Assembly (NCBI RefSeq): GCF_023055435.1
Contig: NW_025964383.1
Span: 47,306,001 to 47,370,000 of the forward strand
Reading direction: 5' to 3'
Length of the DNA stretch: 64,000 nt
Source: Haliotis rufescens
Taxonomy: Eukaryota
In this document: piece after piece, positions 52,394-64,000 of the stretch
Layout of the letters: each line of letters begins with the position of its first letter
Position numbering within the stretch: position 1 is the stretch's first letter
Position numbers and translations under genes: made by a program
The notes under the pieces: generated by a model
Told to the model about the DNA's origin: nothing
Seen by the model: only the letters and a program-made list of their open reading frames with translations
Database searches by the model: none

Positions 52394-54984
52394 TTGTGGC
52401 AAAAAGTGATTTTTACATCTACATCACAAGTGATGACGTTCCTTTCACACTGATTCAAATGACATGCCGTAAGTTGCCACATGTGCAGACGATTTCCCAT
52501 CGTCGGGGCATGTACTCTTACACCTGTTGCAACCAGTCGCTTGTCTGAGTGGCACTTTGCGAACGATTTCTTAATGTGATCGTTCTGACTTATCTCTTCT
52601 GTGCTGGAGTTGTTGCCAGAGCAGCATCGGTCATCGATGTTATGTGTTTGTTGGTTTGGGCCCACAATCTGTCATCAGCAAAAAGTGGTCATGTTGCACA
52701 TAAACGTTCATCACGTTGCAGACGTTGCATGATCAATGATATGCCATCCTAAATGTATCAACATGCCTTAGAAAGTGTCTTCGAGGAAGATAAGATGCGT
52801 CTCATCACACCCGAATGTGAGTGGCAATAGTAAATCTGGCATACCATCCCTAGAACGTGCTGTCCGAGGTCACGTGCTTAACGTCTGTCACAATGTTGTG
52901 TTTCGGAGTTATATTTCTTCGGAAATCTGGCAATATCAATAACTTACTTTCATTGTCAGACATTGGTGTATTTTAGTAATAGTCCCAAACTCACTACAGA
53001 AACGATTTCAAACATCACAATTCATTTCTATTGCATCAAATGTTAGTGTCAGAAACTATCACAACAGCTCGACAGTGACGTGTACATATCTATTGTGTTT
53101 CAAATGTACAGAATAAATTATGTATAGAACAAACAATTTTTATAGCCTATCACATAAAATCATGGTGAACTATACCCTATTAAGAGACATTATACTACGC
53201 ATTGTATATCGGTAGAGCCATAGTCAGGTGTTGTTCGCGATTTTATGCCAATGTATTCTCACTGTTAGCTGAATACACTCTGCCTGCATTTTTTACAAAG
53301 AGGAACGAAACGATGCATTTATATGAGTTCTTTATAGATAAGACATATAAAAAAAACGGGACCAGTAAATAATAATTTTCCCTGCCCACAATATCATTAA
53401 TTCAGACTTCCTCAAAGGAAACAGTTTGAGAGCAGTTTGTATTTGGCATGTTTGTAAAGGGGTAGGACGAGTAACTACATGTTATGCACAGCACACAAAA
53501 CATGCCCAGCCCTGCCCAGGTATATGGTAGAAGGTAGTAATAAGCATAGGTTCAAAACTGCACATTAAATCAGTTTGTTCGTCATTCTAGGGAACATTTA
53601 TGTTTGAAATACAATAACTAACGCAATTCAATGCAAGAATGAGACGTGTATATGTCAGGTGCCAAGGGTCAATGAATAGCTTGATCTTACAACACATAAA
53701 TATGAAGGGACATTGTCGAGCCACAGTCAGGTGCCAAGGTTCAGTGCATATAATAATCTTACAACACAGAGATACGGAGGGACATTTTTCAACTCCAGTC
53801 GACTCGTAGTCTTTTGAGATAAGGACAAAACTATCCATGCACATGAGATATTTGAGTTTACACTATCACTGTCAAGTCAATGGTTACAATATCTAGTTAT
53901 GCATCGACACATTTTTAGAGGGGAGAACCAATTATGTTATATTTCAGGTGCGTTAACTAAGCATAGTTGCATGAGTTGCATAAATGTCTCCTTTCTGCAG
54001 AGAACATTCTCCATACGACAGTACAGATCTCCCGACCACGCGACTTGTGAAGACTGTGGAAAAAATACCATAGCCATGTATTGTTTGAGAGGCATTTCTT
54101 TGAAGTTAACTTATGACAAAGTAATAATTGTCACAGCATTGAAGTAGAGAAATGTAAACCAGTTAAGAAAGATGCTGAATACTAGATTTAGTGCCCTTAC
54201 CTTTGGTTCTCTGGATCATGTTCCATACCTTGGACATGGGCGTGAATGTATTTTTGACACATAATTTCGCTAAGATTGGCGTTTACTTTGTTTAAACGTT
54301 CGCCTTGTTTTAGTGTTTAAAATGTTTAATTTTTTAAATTATGGACCATAGGATGATGACGGATATAATGCTCAGCCTTTTTCCTCGCCTTCATAGCTTG
54401 TTTGTATGTGGGAAATTGCAGATGACTTTGGAACACATTCTTCAGCTATCTTGTTGAGTTCATCAGAAAAGAATTGTATTCGATCACGAACGTCAGTAAA
54501 GCGATCAGGTGTTTGCCTGTACAGAGAATGTCATACAGAGGCGAGTTGGCTTCCTTGAAGTTCCATCGAGATGATGGAGGAACATATGATGGGGTAATAG
54601 TGTTTAATGTCACTTCCACAGAGGTTATCGTGAACTGACCACTCAAATTCATTCAGCAGGTTGGAATCGGTAACAATCAAATCCAAAGAAGAGTATGTGC
54701 CTGTACCAGGATGTAAATATGTTTTTTGAATTATCGTTTAAAATGCATAGAGTTTTGTTGAAAATAAAATCTTCTACGGAGCTTGTCTCTTCTGCTTGTA
54801 TGATCACAAAGTCAAAGTGGATTATGACCGTTCATATCGTCCATTATCATACAGGGCTTAGGAAACTGGTCATAGAGAGCTTGACGATCGGAGGAGATGC
54901 AGATGGAGGAATGTAAACAGATCACAGAGTAAAAACAATTTGCATGGTGAAACAAACTGTGATAGCTTGTAGAGGAACATTGAG

Positions 54985-55340
54985 GTGAGGTGAGGTGAAA
55001 TGGGGTTTAACGTCGCATCCAAGATTATTGCACTTATATAGCGACGTGCATGTACGTGTGTGTGTTTGTGTGGCTGCTTGTACTAGTCCGGACTGATGCC
55101 GATTTATAGTGCTAGCTCACTGAGATACCATGCTACAGTTGAACATGAATACCCCACTCAGACACAGTAAACTGACTCCGAGCCGACCAGTCCTTGTTTT
55201 AGCCCCTTAATGCCGAGCGCCAGACAGGGTAACAACAAGTACCATCTTTTAACGTCGTTTGGTATGACGCGGTCGGGGATCGAACACCGGACCTTCCGCT
55301 TTCCGGGCGGACGCTCTACCACTAGACCACGGAGGCGGCC
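54985..55340 (-). mobile_element. SINE family C, full length, nested in the LINE ORF2 remnant
   Basis: TSD gagga(a/g)cattgag. Confidence 0.9.
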
Positions 55341-56511
55341 GAGGAGCATTGAGAGGACACAGGGCTATGAATAACACCCTGCTTCACCAAGATAGTAGAA
55401 CCTCCAGTTGCTTTATCCCCTGGAGGTGAAAAGAAATGATAGGAATCGTATTGTTTATTGTTTAGTTGATATATAGTTTTAAGGTAAGTTACTGGCAAAC
55501 AAATGGCTGATGGCTTGAAATCTTGTTTTCATTGCTGCAAATCATTAAAATTGTTTAATAGTCCTCTGCAATTCCATTGTATGATAGGGTTAGAACAGGT
55601 CATAGTGGTTCTGCTGAGAATCTTGATCAGGACTGATATTGAACCTTAACAGGTGCTGGCTGAGAAGAAGGCACATCCAAGTGTTAGAGGGCCTTGGCTG
55701 TTTTTTTAAGTTTCTTTTTTTTTCCTTTTTTGTTAAATGTGGGTCTCTATGAATTGGAGATGATTCTGGTTCCAATGTTTTTGATTCCACTAGCTCCGTC
55801 TGTGAAGCTGATGTTGCTTCGTGTTGCTGGAGATGTTTGGGCTGTATTGTCTTTTAGAATCTGCTGATTATCAACCCAAGAGATGGTTGTTTGGCATCCT
55901 ACTGATACTGTGGCAGCCTTGACACCAGGAGTGACAGTTACTGCTGCTGATTAAGATTTTGTTAAGTTTTGGGGAGATTGTGACTGAACTAGCTTCTTAG
56001 CATCATGAAAAGAGTTATTATTAGTGTGTTTAGTTGTTAATATTTGCCATTTAGTGGACAAAGTTTGGATGGGGCCAAGCGGTCTCTATCGCAATTTGCA
56101 CACTTTATGGCATCAGTGCACTCTGTGCTCTCATGTGAGCCACGGCAGCGCACACAGACAGTGCTGAGAGTACAGGTATTGGCACCATGTTCAAAATGTT
56201 GACATTTATAACTTCGGAGTGGGTTTGGTACATAAACTTCCAAGCCAATATTAAAGTACCCAGATTTGATTGATTTAGAACTTGTTGGAAGAACCGGGCC
56301 CATTCTACCACCTGTCTAGGTGAAGTTAGGGTCACAGTTGTGTGTTTGGCAAAGGAACACAGTTCCAGGAACCAGTGCTCTCAACTACCAGACTACCTTC
56401 CTCCATCGACACAGGGGCGCAACACACGGCAAACGGATTGCCCAATTTGGTCGCCTTTTACGACCAGCAATTGGGTGCTGAGGACACATTCTACCCCGGG
56501 TCCACACGGGG

Positions 56512-56569
56512 GAAGAGCTTTTAGCGTTACCCGGCACTTACCACGGGGAGGTTGCCCTTCACGGGTGCC
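56512..56569 (-). ncRNA. Candidate HDV-like self-cleaving ribozyme at the LINE 5' end
   Basis: Minus strand reads GGCAC CCGU GAAGGGC A ACC UCCCCGU GGU AA GUGCC GG GUAACG CUAA AA GCUCUUC. This gives P1 GGCAC/GUGCC, P2 GAAGGGC/GCUCUUC, P3 ACC/GGU, L3 UCCCCGU, P1.1 CC/GG and J4/2 GCUAA, in HDV nested double-pseudoknot order. Confidence 0.7.
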
Positions 56570-57249
56570 TACTTCCATGAAGGATATGTGCAGAGAGCAG
56601 TTTGTGTATCGCGTAAACGTTCTCTGTGTGAAGGCAAGCACACGTTGTCCTTGTCCAACAGTTTATTGAACAAACCACTGCACGCTGCACTTTGCAATAT
56701 GTCTGCATAAACATTGCAATGCTATTAAATGTTATTACATTTATAGAAGATCGTAGTCGTGTCAAATTTCAGCATACACTAATGAATGTCAAAGTGCTTA
56801 AAGATTAATAAAGTGCAGTAGCTATGTGTGCCTGTTTTGAAATTGTTGTTAAAACCCCACTTAGATTAATTCAATGAAATTTAAATTACTTAACTGTATT
56901 TATTTTACTGTCCCTCGATATGGCTGAAATATTGCCGATGTGACTTAAAATTTTAACTCGCTCACTCACTACTTAACGGTATAGTGGTAAGGTGGGGAAG
57001 AAAACACTTACTAGATTATGCAATTTATCTTGAAGGAGCTAGTTATGGCCGCCGTTTGTGATCCATGTATTCTCAACAAGATGATTTTTGGTATTGTCAA
57101 GATGTTAAACACAGTCTGGTATTATTTTCCTGTCTCCAATCCTCCTCTCCAAAAATTGGAATGCGATTTATCTGATGATGCTTTATTTTCCAAGCACCTC
57201 TGCCATTCAGCACTTTACAAAACTCCTTGTACTTTTACTTCATCAAGGG

Positions 57250-57500
57250 ACTGTTCCCGGAGAGTGAAAGGGCTGGGATTCGATATTCGGACGGATCATA
57301 CCAAAAGACGTTAAAAGATTATACAATTTGTTGCTCTGTCTGGCACTCGGCATTTCGGTGCTTAAACGAGGACTGATTGGCACCTAGTCAGTATATTGTG
57401 TCTGAGTGGGGTAATTATGTTCAACTACAGCATGTCATCTCAGTAGGCAAGCGCTATGAAATCCGGAGTAAGAAGCCACACACACACACACACACATAAT
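57250..57500 (+). mobile_element. SINE family C, degraded
   Basis: ttcgat..cgg..tcataccaaaagacgttaaaagat...tgtgtctgagtgggg. Confidence 0.8.
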
Positions 57501-60500
57501 GTATGTATAATGTATATAGGTCATGACTTATACCGGCAAGACACATGTGGGTGTATTTCTTCAACAATAGTGTCATCAATGCATGGGAATAACAGTGAAT
57601 TGAATTATTGCAAACAATTATTCGACTGGTTGAACATTAGAAGCACGACTTAGGGACATTAATCGTGAACAAAACAACATGAAATGTCAGTGAATTCATA
57701 TTAGTAGAAACTTAAATTTCGAACTTCTGTTTCCATTTATGATACTGTTCCTCTTGACATAACGGGTAGTTTGAACCTTTACTATCTGCATATTAATGCT
57801 GTATGTATAAGAAATCGCGCCTCACACTAGCCTCACATGGTATAAGCTCTGTGGGATTCTAAATATACCCCCAGCTTGTGAATCACAGCCTGCTTACTGA
57901 ATGGCAATTGTAAATACTTGGTTGTATTCAAATGCTTATTCAAAATCTTTACACGTTGTCATAAGGGAAGAATGAGGGTAAAAAGTTAGCCAAGTAATCT
58001 TTTTGAAGTGTTTTTTTTTATAATTCACAGATTGTGCTTTAACACAAAGACATACAATTTTATGGGCACTTTTTGAGACTAGTATTTTGACTGCAGTCGC
58101 GCCAAGGCCCAAGTAACGCATTTTCTAACAAGCAGTAGGACTGGTTTAGTAGGCTCAACAGATAGGGTGCAGTCAAGCTGGAAGGTGTCAGTGGAACTGC
58201 GTGTTCATCTTAGGTAAGATGTGCATATGTTTCATTGCATGTTCTGGGTCTGTAACAGATCGGGTAACTTTCTTTTCTATATATCTTGAGTAAGGTGCTG
58301 TAAATATAATGAATGAAACGAGTTTATTTAGAGTTTGCAATGTTCTTTTTTGTTCAAAACATGGTATCAATGTTGCTCTTTTAGTCAACAATTTATTAGT
58401 ATACCTCATATATTTACACACACAAACACTCAAAGGACTAATTGTGTAATTGGTCTACTTAAAAGACAGTCAAGGCATATGCAGAAAGGTTTTGACTAAC
58501 GTGCAGCCTTGGGGCTTGAGATGATATAAAAGTCCTGATAACATACTCACCTATGTTACTTACATTGTAGGTTTAGTGAGTTGTTTAGTCGAGCACAATC
58601 AGGATCCATATGAGTTTACTGTTGGTTGTTACAGCTTTATTTACAATCGTAGAAACGTTTTCGCTGAGACATATGTAACAATTTCAGTGTCTTAGAGTTG
58701 TTTTGAACTGTTTTCCTTGAAACCCCCTACAAACAAAGTGCTGGTTTAACGAAACTTCTATATTAAAGGCATTAACACGTAAACAGTGATTCTTTAACAG
58801 ATTCTAGGTTTGTAGGCTGAAGTAACTACAAAAAAACGAAAACAATACAAATGTCGATGAGCACAGCGAAAGGTTTTACCTTTTGCCTGGAAAGGCAAAT
58901 AAAATTGAAAAAAGGCTTTGCTCAGTGAACCCGGTGGATGGCAATGATGGCAAGTGTACATCATTATCAGCATGAGGAAGTATATATATATACTCACAGT
59001 GAATACTACATTTGGCCTTTTTAAAAAAAGTTTGAATGTCGTGAGAGAGATCTACAATTCTTCACTGAGAACGTGATATGCCACTCAAAATGTGTTAAGG
59101 GTCAACACTTTAGAAGGTTGTACGTCCGTCCAATCGTGTGCATCTGTTGAAACAGCCAAAGACAATATTGACTGAACAAAATTCGGTCGCCATGTGCCAC
59201 ACAATACCAACAGACAACATGTGAGCAATGATCAGTCAGATCGCCTGTCGAGTATCGGAACAAAACATAAACGTCAAAAAGTAACGAAAACAAATTCATT
59301 GTCCAAAAGAAACAACTCTCAGTGCCATATATGTGGTTCACGTGATACGATCACAACCTGGAACCGTCGTCTCATGCCAAGGCAAGATTGTCCCACTCCC
59401 CAAATACAGCAGTCATTTTCGGCTACGTTGGAATCCTGAAATCTATCTCCTTTTCTGCGCCTCACGCAAATACGAAGATTTGTTATCAGTACTTGTCGAA
59501 TTAAGATGATCTTCAGCCCAATATAAATGTCTGTGTGTAACGTCCGTGACCGGAAAACAGCCTCCCGGAGACGACAGCAGTGTCTGAGTAGAAAGGTTAA
59601 CGTCACTGGCGTATCACATGTGGAGTCTGGTGGCAGTCAAGCTGCAATCAGTCTTTCCACTGTGTGTTTGGACGTTGCATGTCACTGGGTAGCTGAGCCA
59701 AACGTCTGGTATTGATTCTTTGCCCTGCTGAGCCCACTTTGGCTGACATCAGAGACCTTTGCATTTGATGTGGTGTGGACCCAGTTTCAAGCATGTCTGT
59801 GCATATGCCTAATTCTTCGGTTGACGCACTGCCACGTAACTCTGGATTATTGTAATGCACAACACAGTGAATTGATTATTTGTATTGTGTTTCTGATATA
59901 ATTTGCCTAATACCATAATACTGAATTGTGAATATATATATATATATATATGTATAATGAGGGTGGCAAGTTTACAGAAACCTGAGCAGAAAGTCATACT
60001 TTTCCTCAGACATGACAAAAAGGACAGTGCTCTTAGTATGATGCTTGAATTAATTAATATAAGAAATACTGTCTTAACGTTTATGCATAACGTACAAATA
60101 CCAGTGGAGGATGTCAAAGTGAGTGTTAAGCTCAGGGGACTGAATCAAGAAGCAGAGCAGGACAAAGGTAATAGAAACAACTTTATATTTATATTTCGTC
60201 AACCTGTCAGCTGCCAGGAAAGAGATTAACAGTTAGGTTTCATCATCATACAAGTCAATACAACTTCCAAAGAGCTATGTGCTGATGCAGATTCATAATG
60301 AATCATACGTTGAATATATAGATATATACAGACAGTCTCGATTATCTGCCGAAACATATTCCACTGTTTGTACAAGGCAAAACAGTTGTGAAGATAAAAA
60401 CCAATGTATCAACGAAAATCAAATATAACACCAGGTGTTCGCGAAAAGGGTCAGCATGTTTGTATCTGTCATTTGTCACTTACTGGTCCAATTTACACAC

Positions 60501-61270
60501 AGAGCCCAGAGTGCATATATATTTATTACCAATTTAGAGACATTTACACGCACTTCATTAAGCCAAACAAGATAGTCACACTACGGATCAATAGATCGAG
60601 GGTCCCTATGAACGTGTGACGCACCAAACCATTTTCACAGCTTTCAATTTGATTTAACATAAAAGGATAAGCGTGGTAATGAAGTCAGTTTTAACTGTCT
60701 GGTAATATATCTGAACTTACTTTGGATGCTCCGGTTGTGCCATCAGTGTCCCCTTTGAAGCGTATTTTGTGGCACTGTTTTGGGAGGTGTCTGTTTATGA
60801 ATAAACATCCAATATTTGCATACAACACAAGCATATTTGAGTTTGTTGATTTCACGGTCTTCAGTATCGGGTCGTACAGTTAACATTAATGTCTTTGTCG
60901 AGCACTCTGATTTCCCTCTTCCAAAATTGTATGGACAGGATATAAACTCAGCTGATAGATCAAGTAAACCGCAAAATGTTGATTGCACAGCCGGAAACGC
61001 CGGCGATGCGAGTGACCGACTGTTTGTCCGATATTCAAAGCGACGCTTATTGACTTTTTAGATTTTCTTGGTGTCGTGCGAACTAACAATGCGCTTGAAT
61101 TGATATAAGTTGAATAAATTCTTCAAATAAGATCTTGATCGTTGATGCTGTCATGTTTGCACACACAACAGCCGGAACATGTTGTTAACGCGTATGCATA
61201 GAAATGTCAACAATGCCCATATTTCGGCATATATCAATATTAATGCGCAACCAGATTTGCAACCGGTTTC

Positions 61271-61374
61271 AGTTTGATCTGTCAACGAAAGAAAATGTTT
61301 ATATATTTAAGTGTAAATACATAAACATTTAAGTGTAAATACATAAACATTTTCTTTCGTTGACAGATCAAACT
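61271..61374. repeat. Palindrome with perfect 32-bp arms
   Basis: agtttgatctgtcaacgaaagaaaatgtttat ... ataaacattttctttcgttgacagatcaaact. Confidence 0.93.
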
Positions 61375-61718
61375 AATATTTTGACATGTGTAATAATTAA
61401 AATACCACACTCATTCTCGTTAGATACCATGTTTTCGAAACGCGTGAACTTTCTATGGTATCTAACGAGATATATATATATATGATGAACTCGCATGACG
61501 TCGACTTATTAACACGAATGCTTCATTCCACAAACTGTTGTTGTTTTAATGGATTAAAACTGAAGGGAAATCTTGTGATCTGTTAGTCGTTATGTTCTTT
61601 ATATTCATTAGTGTCAAATTGTCATCTAGACCGTCTTGAATCCATAACCACAACTGGTACTACAACAATAACTACAACTACCACTACTACTGCTTTAACT
61701 GCAGGAACTGTGACTACA

Positions 61719-61719
<1 letters not shown>

Positions 61720-61773
<54 letters not shown>
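61720..61773. repeat. (ACT)n microsatellite
   Basis: Direct reading. Confidence 0.95.
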
Positions 61774-61774
<1 letters not shown>

Positions 61775-61782
61775 ATCCTACT

Positions 61783-62050
61783 GACCCGTGAAGATTCTGG
61801 GGTAGAATAGGTCTTCAGCAACCCATGCTTGCCGTAAAAGGTGACTATGCTTGTGGTAAAAGGAGACTAACGGGATCGGGTGGTCAGGCTCGCTGACTTG
61901 GTTGATGCATGTCATCGATCACAATTGCGTGGATCGATGTACATGATATTAATCACTGGAATGTCTCGTCCAGACTCGATTATTTACAGACCGCCGTCAT
62001 ATAGCTGTAATATTACCGAGTGCGGCGTTTAACAACAAACCAACCAACCG
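61783..62050 (+). mobile_element. Family B, full length, inserted beside an (ACT)n tract
   Basis: TSD actaatcctact. Confidence 0.9.
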
Positions 62051-62154
62051 ACTAATCCTACTCCTATTACGATGACATCTGCGAAACAACAAATAAATCA
62101 TCAACAACAACTACTACAACCACAACAACTACTGCACTACCACTACCACTACAG

Positions 62155-62385
62155 CCTCTGAAAGATTCGGGATAGAATTAATCTTCAGCAACCCATGCTT
62201 GTTTTTGAGAAGCGACTAACAAGATTGGAAGGTCAGGCGCGCTGACTTTGTTGATGCATGTCATCGTATCCCAATTCCGTAGGTCGATTCTCACGATGTC
62301 ACTGACTGAATTGTTTGGTCCAGACTCGATTATTTACAGACCGCAGTCATATATCTGTAATATATTTGTGAATTAGGCGTCAAAC
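62155..62385 (+). mobile_element. Family B, older variant with a single hairpin module
   Basis: Diverged match; lacks the 22-bp internal duplication seen in the other copies. Confidence 0.8.
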
Positions 62386-62424
62386 AGTTAACTACTACTA
62401 CAATCGCCATGTTTACTTGTCTAG

Positions 62425-62800
62425 TTACTGAGATATTGGAATGAAATGATTTTTCTGTAATGGCGGTCAATAATTTGCATATTTATGAGTTTTGTTTGTC
62501 ATTAATTCCTTCAGGAATGTCTTAATCCTATTCTCTGACCCTCAAAACATAGGTTAAGACACTGCCTTTGTCAAGTTGTCAAGTTTGCTTGTCTCGTTTC
62601 AGAGATATTGGAGAAAAATGATTTGTCTGTAATGGCGTCCACTAATTTGGATATTTATGAGTATGTTTTACCATTAATTACTTCAGAAATGTCTTAATCG
62701 TATTCTTTGACCATCAGTGCATAGGTAGAGACATTGTATTTGTCAATGTTGCTGACCCGATTACAGAGTTATTGAAGAAAATGGCTCCAGAAAGGTAAAG
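62425..62800. repeat. ~170-bp subrepeat (2 to 2.5 copies), probable non-autonomous DNA element
   Basis: agatattgga..aaatgattt.tctgtaatggcg....taatttg.atatttatgag...attaatt.cttcag.aatgtcttaatc.tattct.tgacc at about 62431 and 62603. Confidence 0.75.
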
Positions 62801-63179
62801 AAAATGACAATTTGGCAGCCATTTTGTTTCTGCAAATATTTTGCTTGGGAACCGGGTTTGGTGGATTCAGCATACCTGAATTATGTTGAAAACTCTGGTT
62901 CCCAACTTGTACCCAAAAATGCATTAACATTTTTTCAGAAATTCCACTTGTCTATTATCCGAGTAGTGGAATGGATCAGTCTCGATCATATCCCATTTTT
63001 CGGAGAATGAGAACGCTCATGAGAATGTAAGACTTGCAATAAATAATAATAATAAACATAAAGACTTATAATCAGTCAATCTTTATGTCCAGTACTTATG
63101 TACAGTACTGAAAAGGCCATGGGCCTGTAGTACATATATACACACAGTAGCAATTGGTCCAATAGTAATTAGAGATATC

Positions 63180-64000
63180 ATAAATATTATCGCATCTTGA
63201 TACAGAGGATCTGATGTTCAATTGCATGGTATATATACATTGCAAGATTTTTTGTGACAGTTTGATTTTGAGATGACATGAGGATATAAAGTTTGTCTTT
63301 TCTAGGATTCAGATAAACATATTGTTGTATGTATTCGTTTCTGACATTTGCATACAATGGACAATCAAGCAAAACATGGTATTCATCTTCTATCTCAGGG
63401 CAAATACAACATTTTCACAAACTGTTTTCCTTTGATATCGCGAAATGTCTACCCATCAGAAGGTCATGAGAAGTACACCTGAAACGGGATAGTGCTGTTC
63501 GGAATTTCTTAACATTCATGTTCAAAAGATATTTTCAGTAAGAATGAATATTTTAAAATAATGTGTAATGAGTTATCTTATTTTGTAAACACAGTGAAGA
63601 GTACCGCTTCTGAAAACATATATCTATTAGCCTGCGTCTTAAATTATATATGAAACGATCTGGTACTGTTACATGTTGCTCTCTCCCAATGTAATCATAC
63701 CCACAAGATTGGAGTATCTTTTTGACACCCGAAGCCCAGTTATTTTTCCTCTACTATCGTGAGTAATCATCTTATTACAGACTTTCTTGGGAATCTGCTA
63801 CTTGGCATGCTGAGCAATTTTATTCAATATTTTATTACTTTTATGTAACTAAATATATTCATAGGGTATCTCCCACATTCCCCATAACTGTAAAATTTGG
63901 AGTGTTGGCATTTACTCCTAAAATTGGATTATACTCATATAGATTTACTTTCACCATTAATTGTACCATATTTTTGTAGAACCCAAACTTCAGCACCATA
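63180..64000 (-). mobile_element. 3' portion of a CR1/L2-group LINE ORF2, degenerate; continues past the window end
   Basis: FRTALSRFRCTSHDL, C..C..IEDEYHVLLDCPLY..VR..YI, NLAMYIY, LGFYK and ECGRYP motifs. Confidence 0.8.

Larger units (their letters stand above)
54200..56569 (-). mobile_element. Degenerate I/Nimb-like LINE: 5' UTR, partial gag-like ORF1 with zinc knuckles, N-terminus of ORF2 APE endonuclease; 3' part missing
   Basis: ORF1 reads YVPNPLRSYKCQHFEHGANTC..VCVRCRGSHES..C....KCANC (about 56240-56060). ORF2 reads IIQWNCRGL...AICL...YLK, GGSTILV, LQAITV, SVYIPPS, DMNGHNPL, SRWNFKEA (about 55590-54540), with stops and frameshifts. It is interrupted by a SINE at 54985-55340. Confidence 0.85.

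Noticed and set aside
57500-61200. Numerous 60-108 aa ORFs
   Set aside because: No recognisable domains or consistent exon chain; expected by chance.

Overview
Eukaryotic, repeat-rich, intron-containing animal DNA. By inference from the SINE repertoire and the ankyrin-gene style it is a mollusc, possibly an abalone-like gastropod. Genes reconstructed by hand: (1) a 4-exon GM2-ganglioside-activator/ML-domain gene on the minus strand (2476-8122, 218 aa); (2) a 4-exon secreted F-type-lectin-like plus PAN/apple protein on the plus strand (13625-16491, 261 aa); (3) an ankyrin-repeat locus with small upstream exons (28145-34012), a 6-repeat terminal exon (39643-40295) and a ~24-repeat terminal exon (49094-51522). 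The rest is four SINE-like families (many with clean target-site duplications), Tc1/mariner, LINE and Ty3/gypsy remnants, and four large tandem arrays. Top findings: an I/Nimb-like LINE remnant whose 5' end folds into a compact HDV-like ribozyme (56512-56569). It is followed immediately by a second conserved RNA motif. That motif, with compensatory changes, forms the fixed 5' end of a tRNA-less SINE family present in about 9 copies here. Also notable: an 18-copy minisatellite made from an exon end plus its 5' splice site, and two SINEs inserted head-to-head into overlapping target sites. All folds and gene models were read by eye; nothing was computed or searched.
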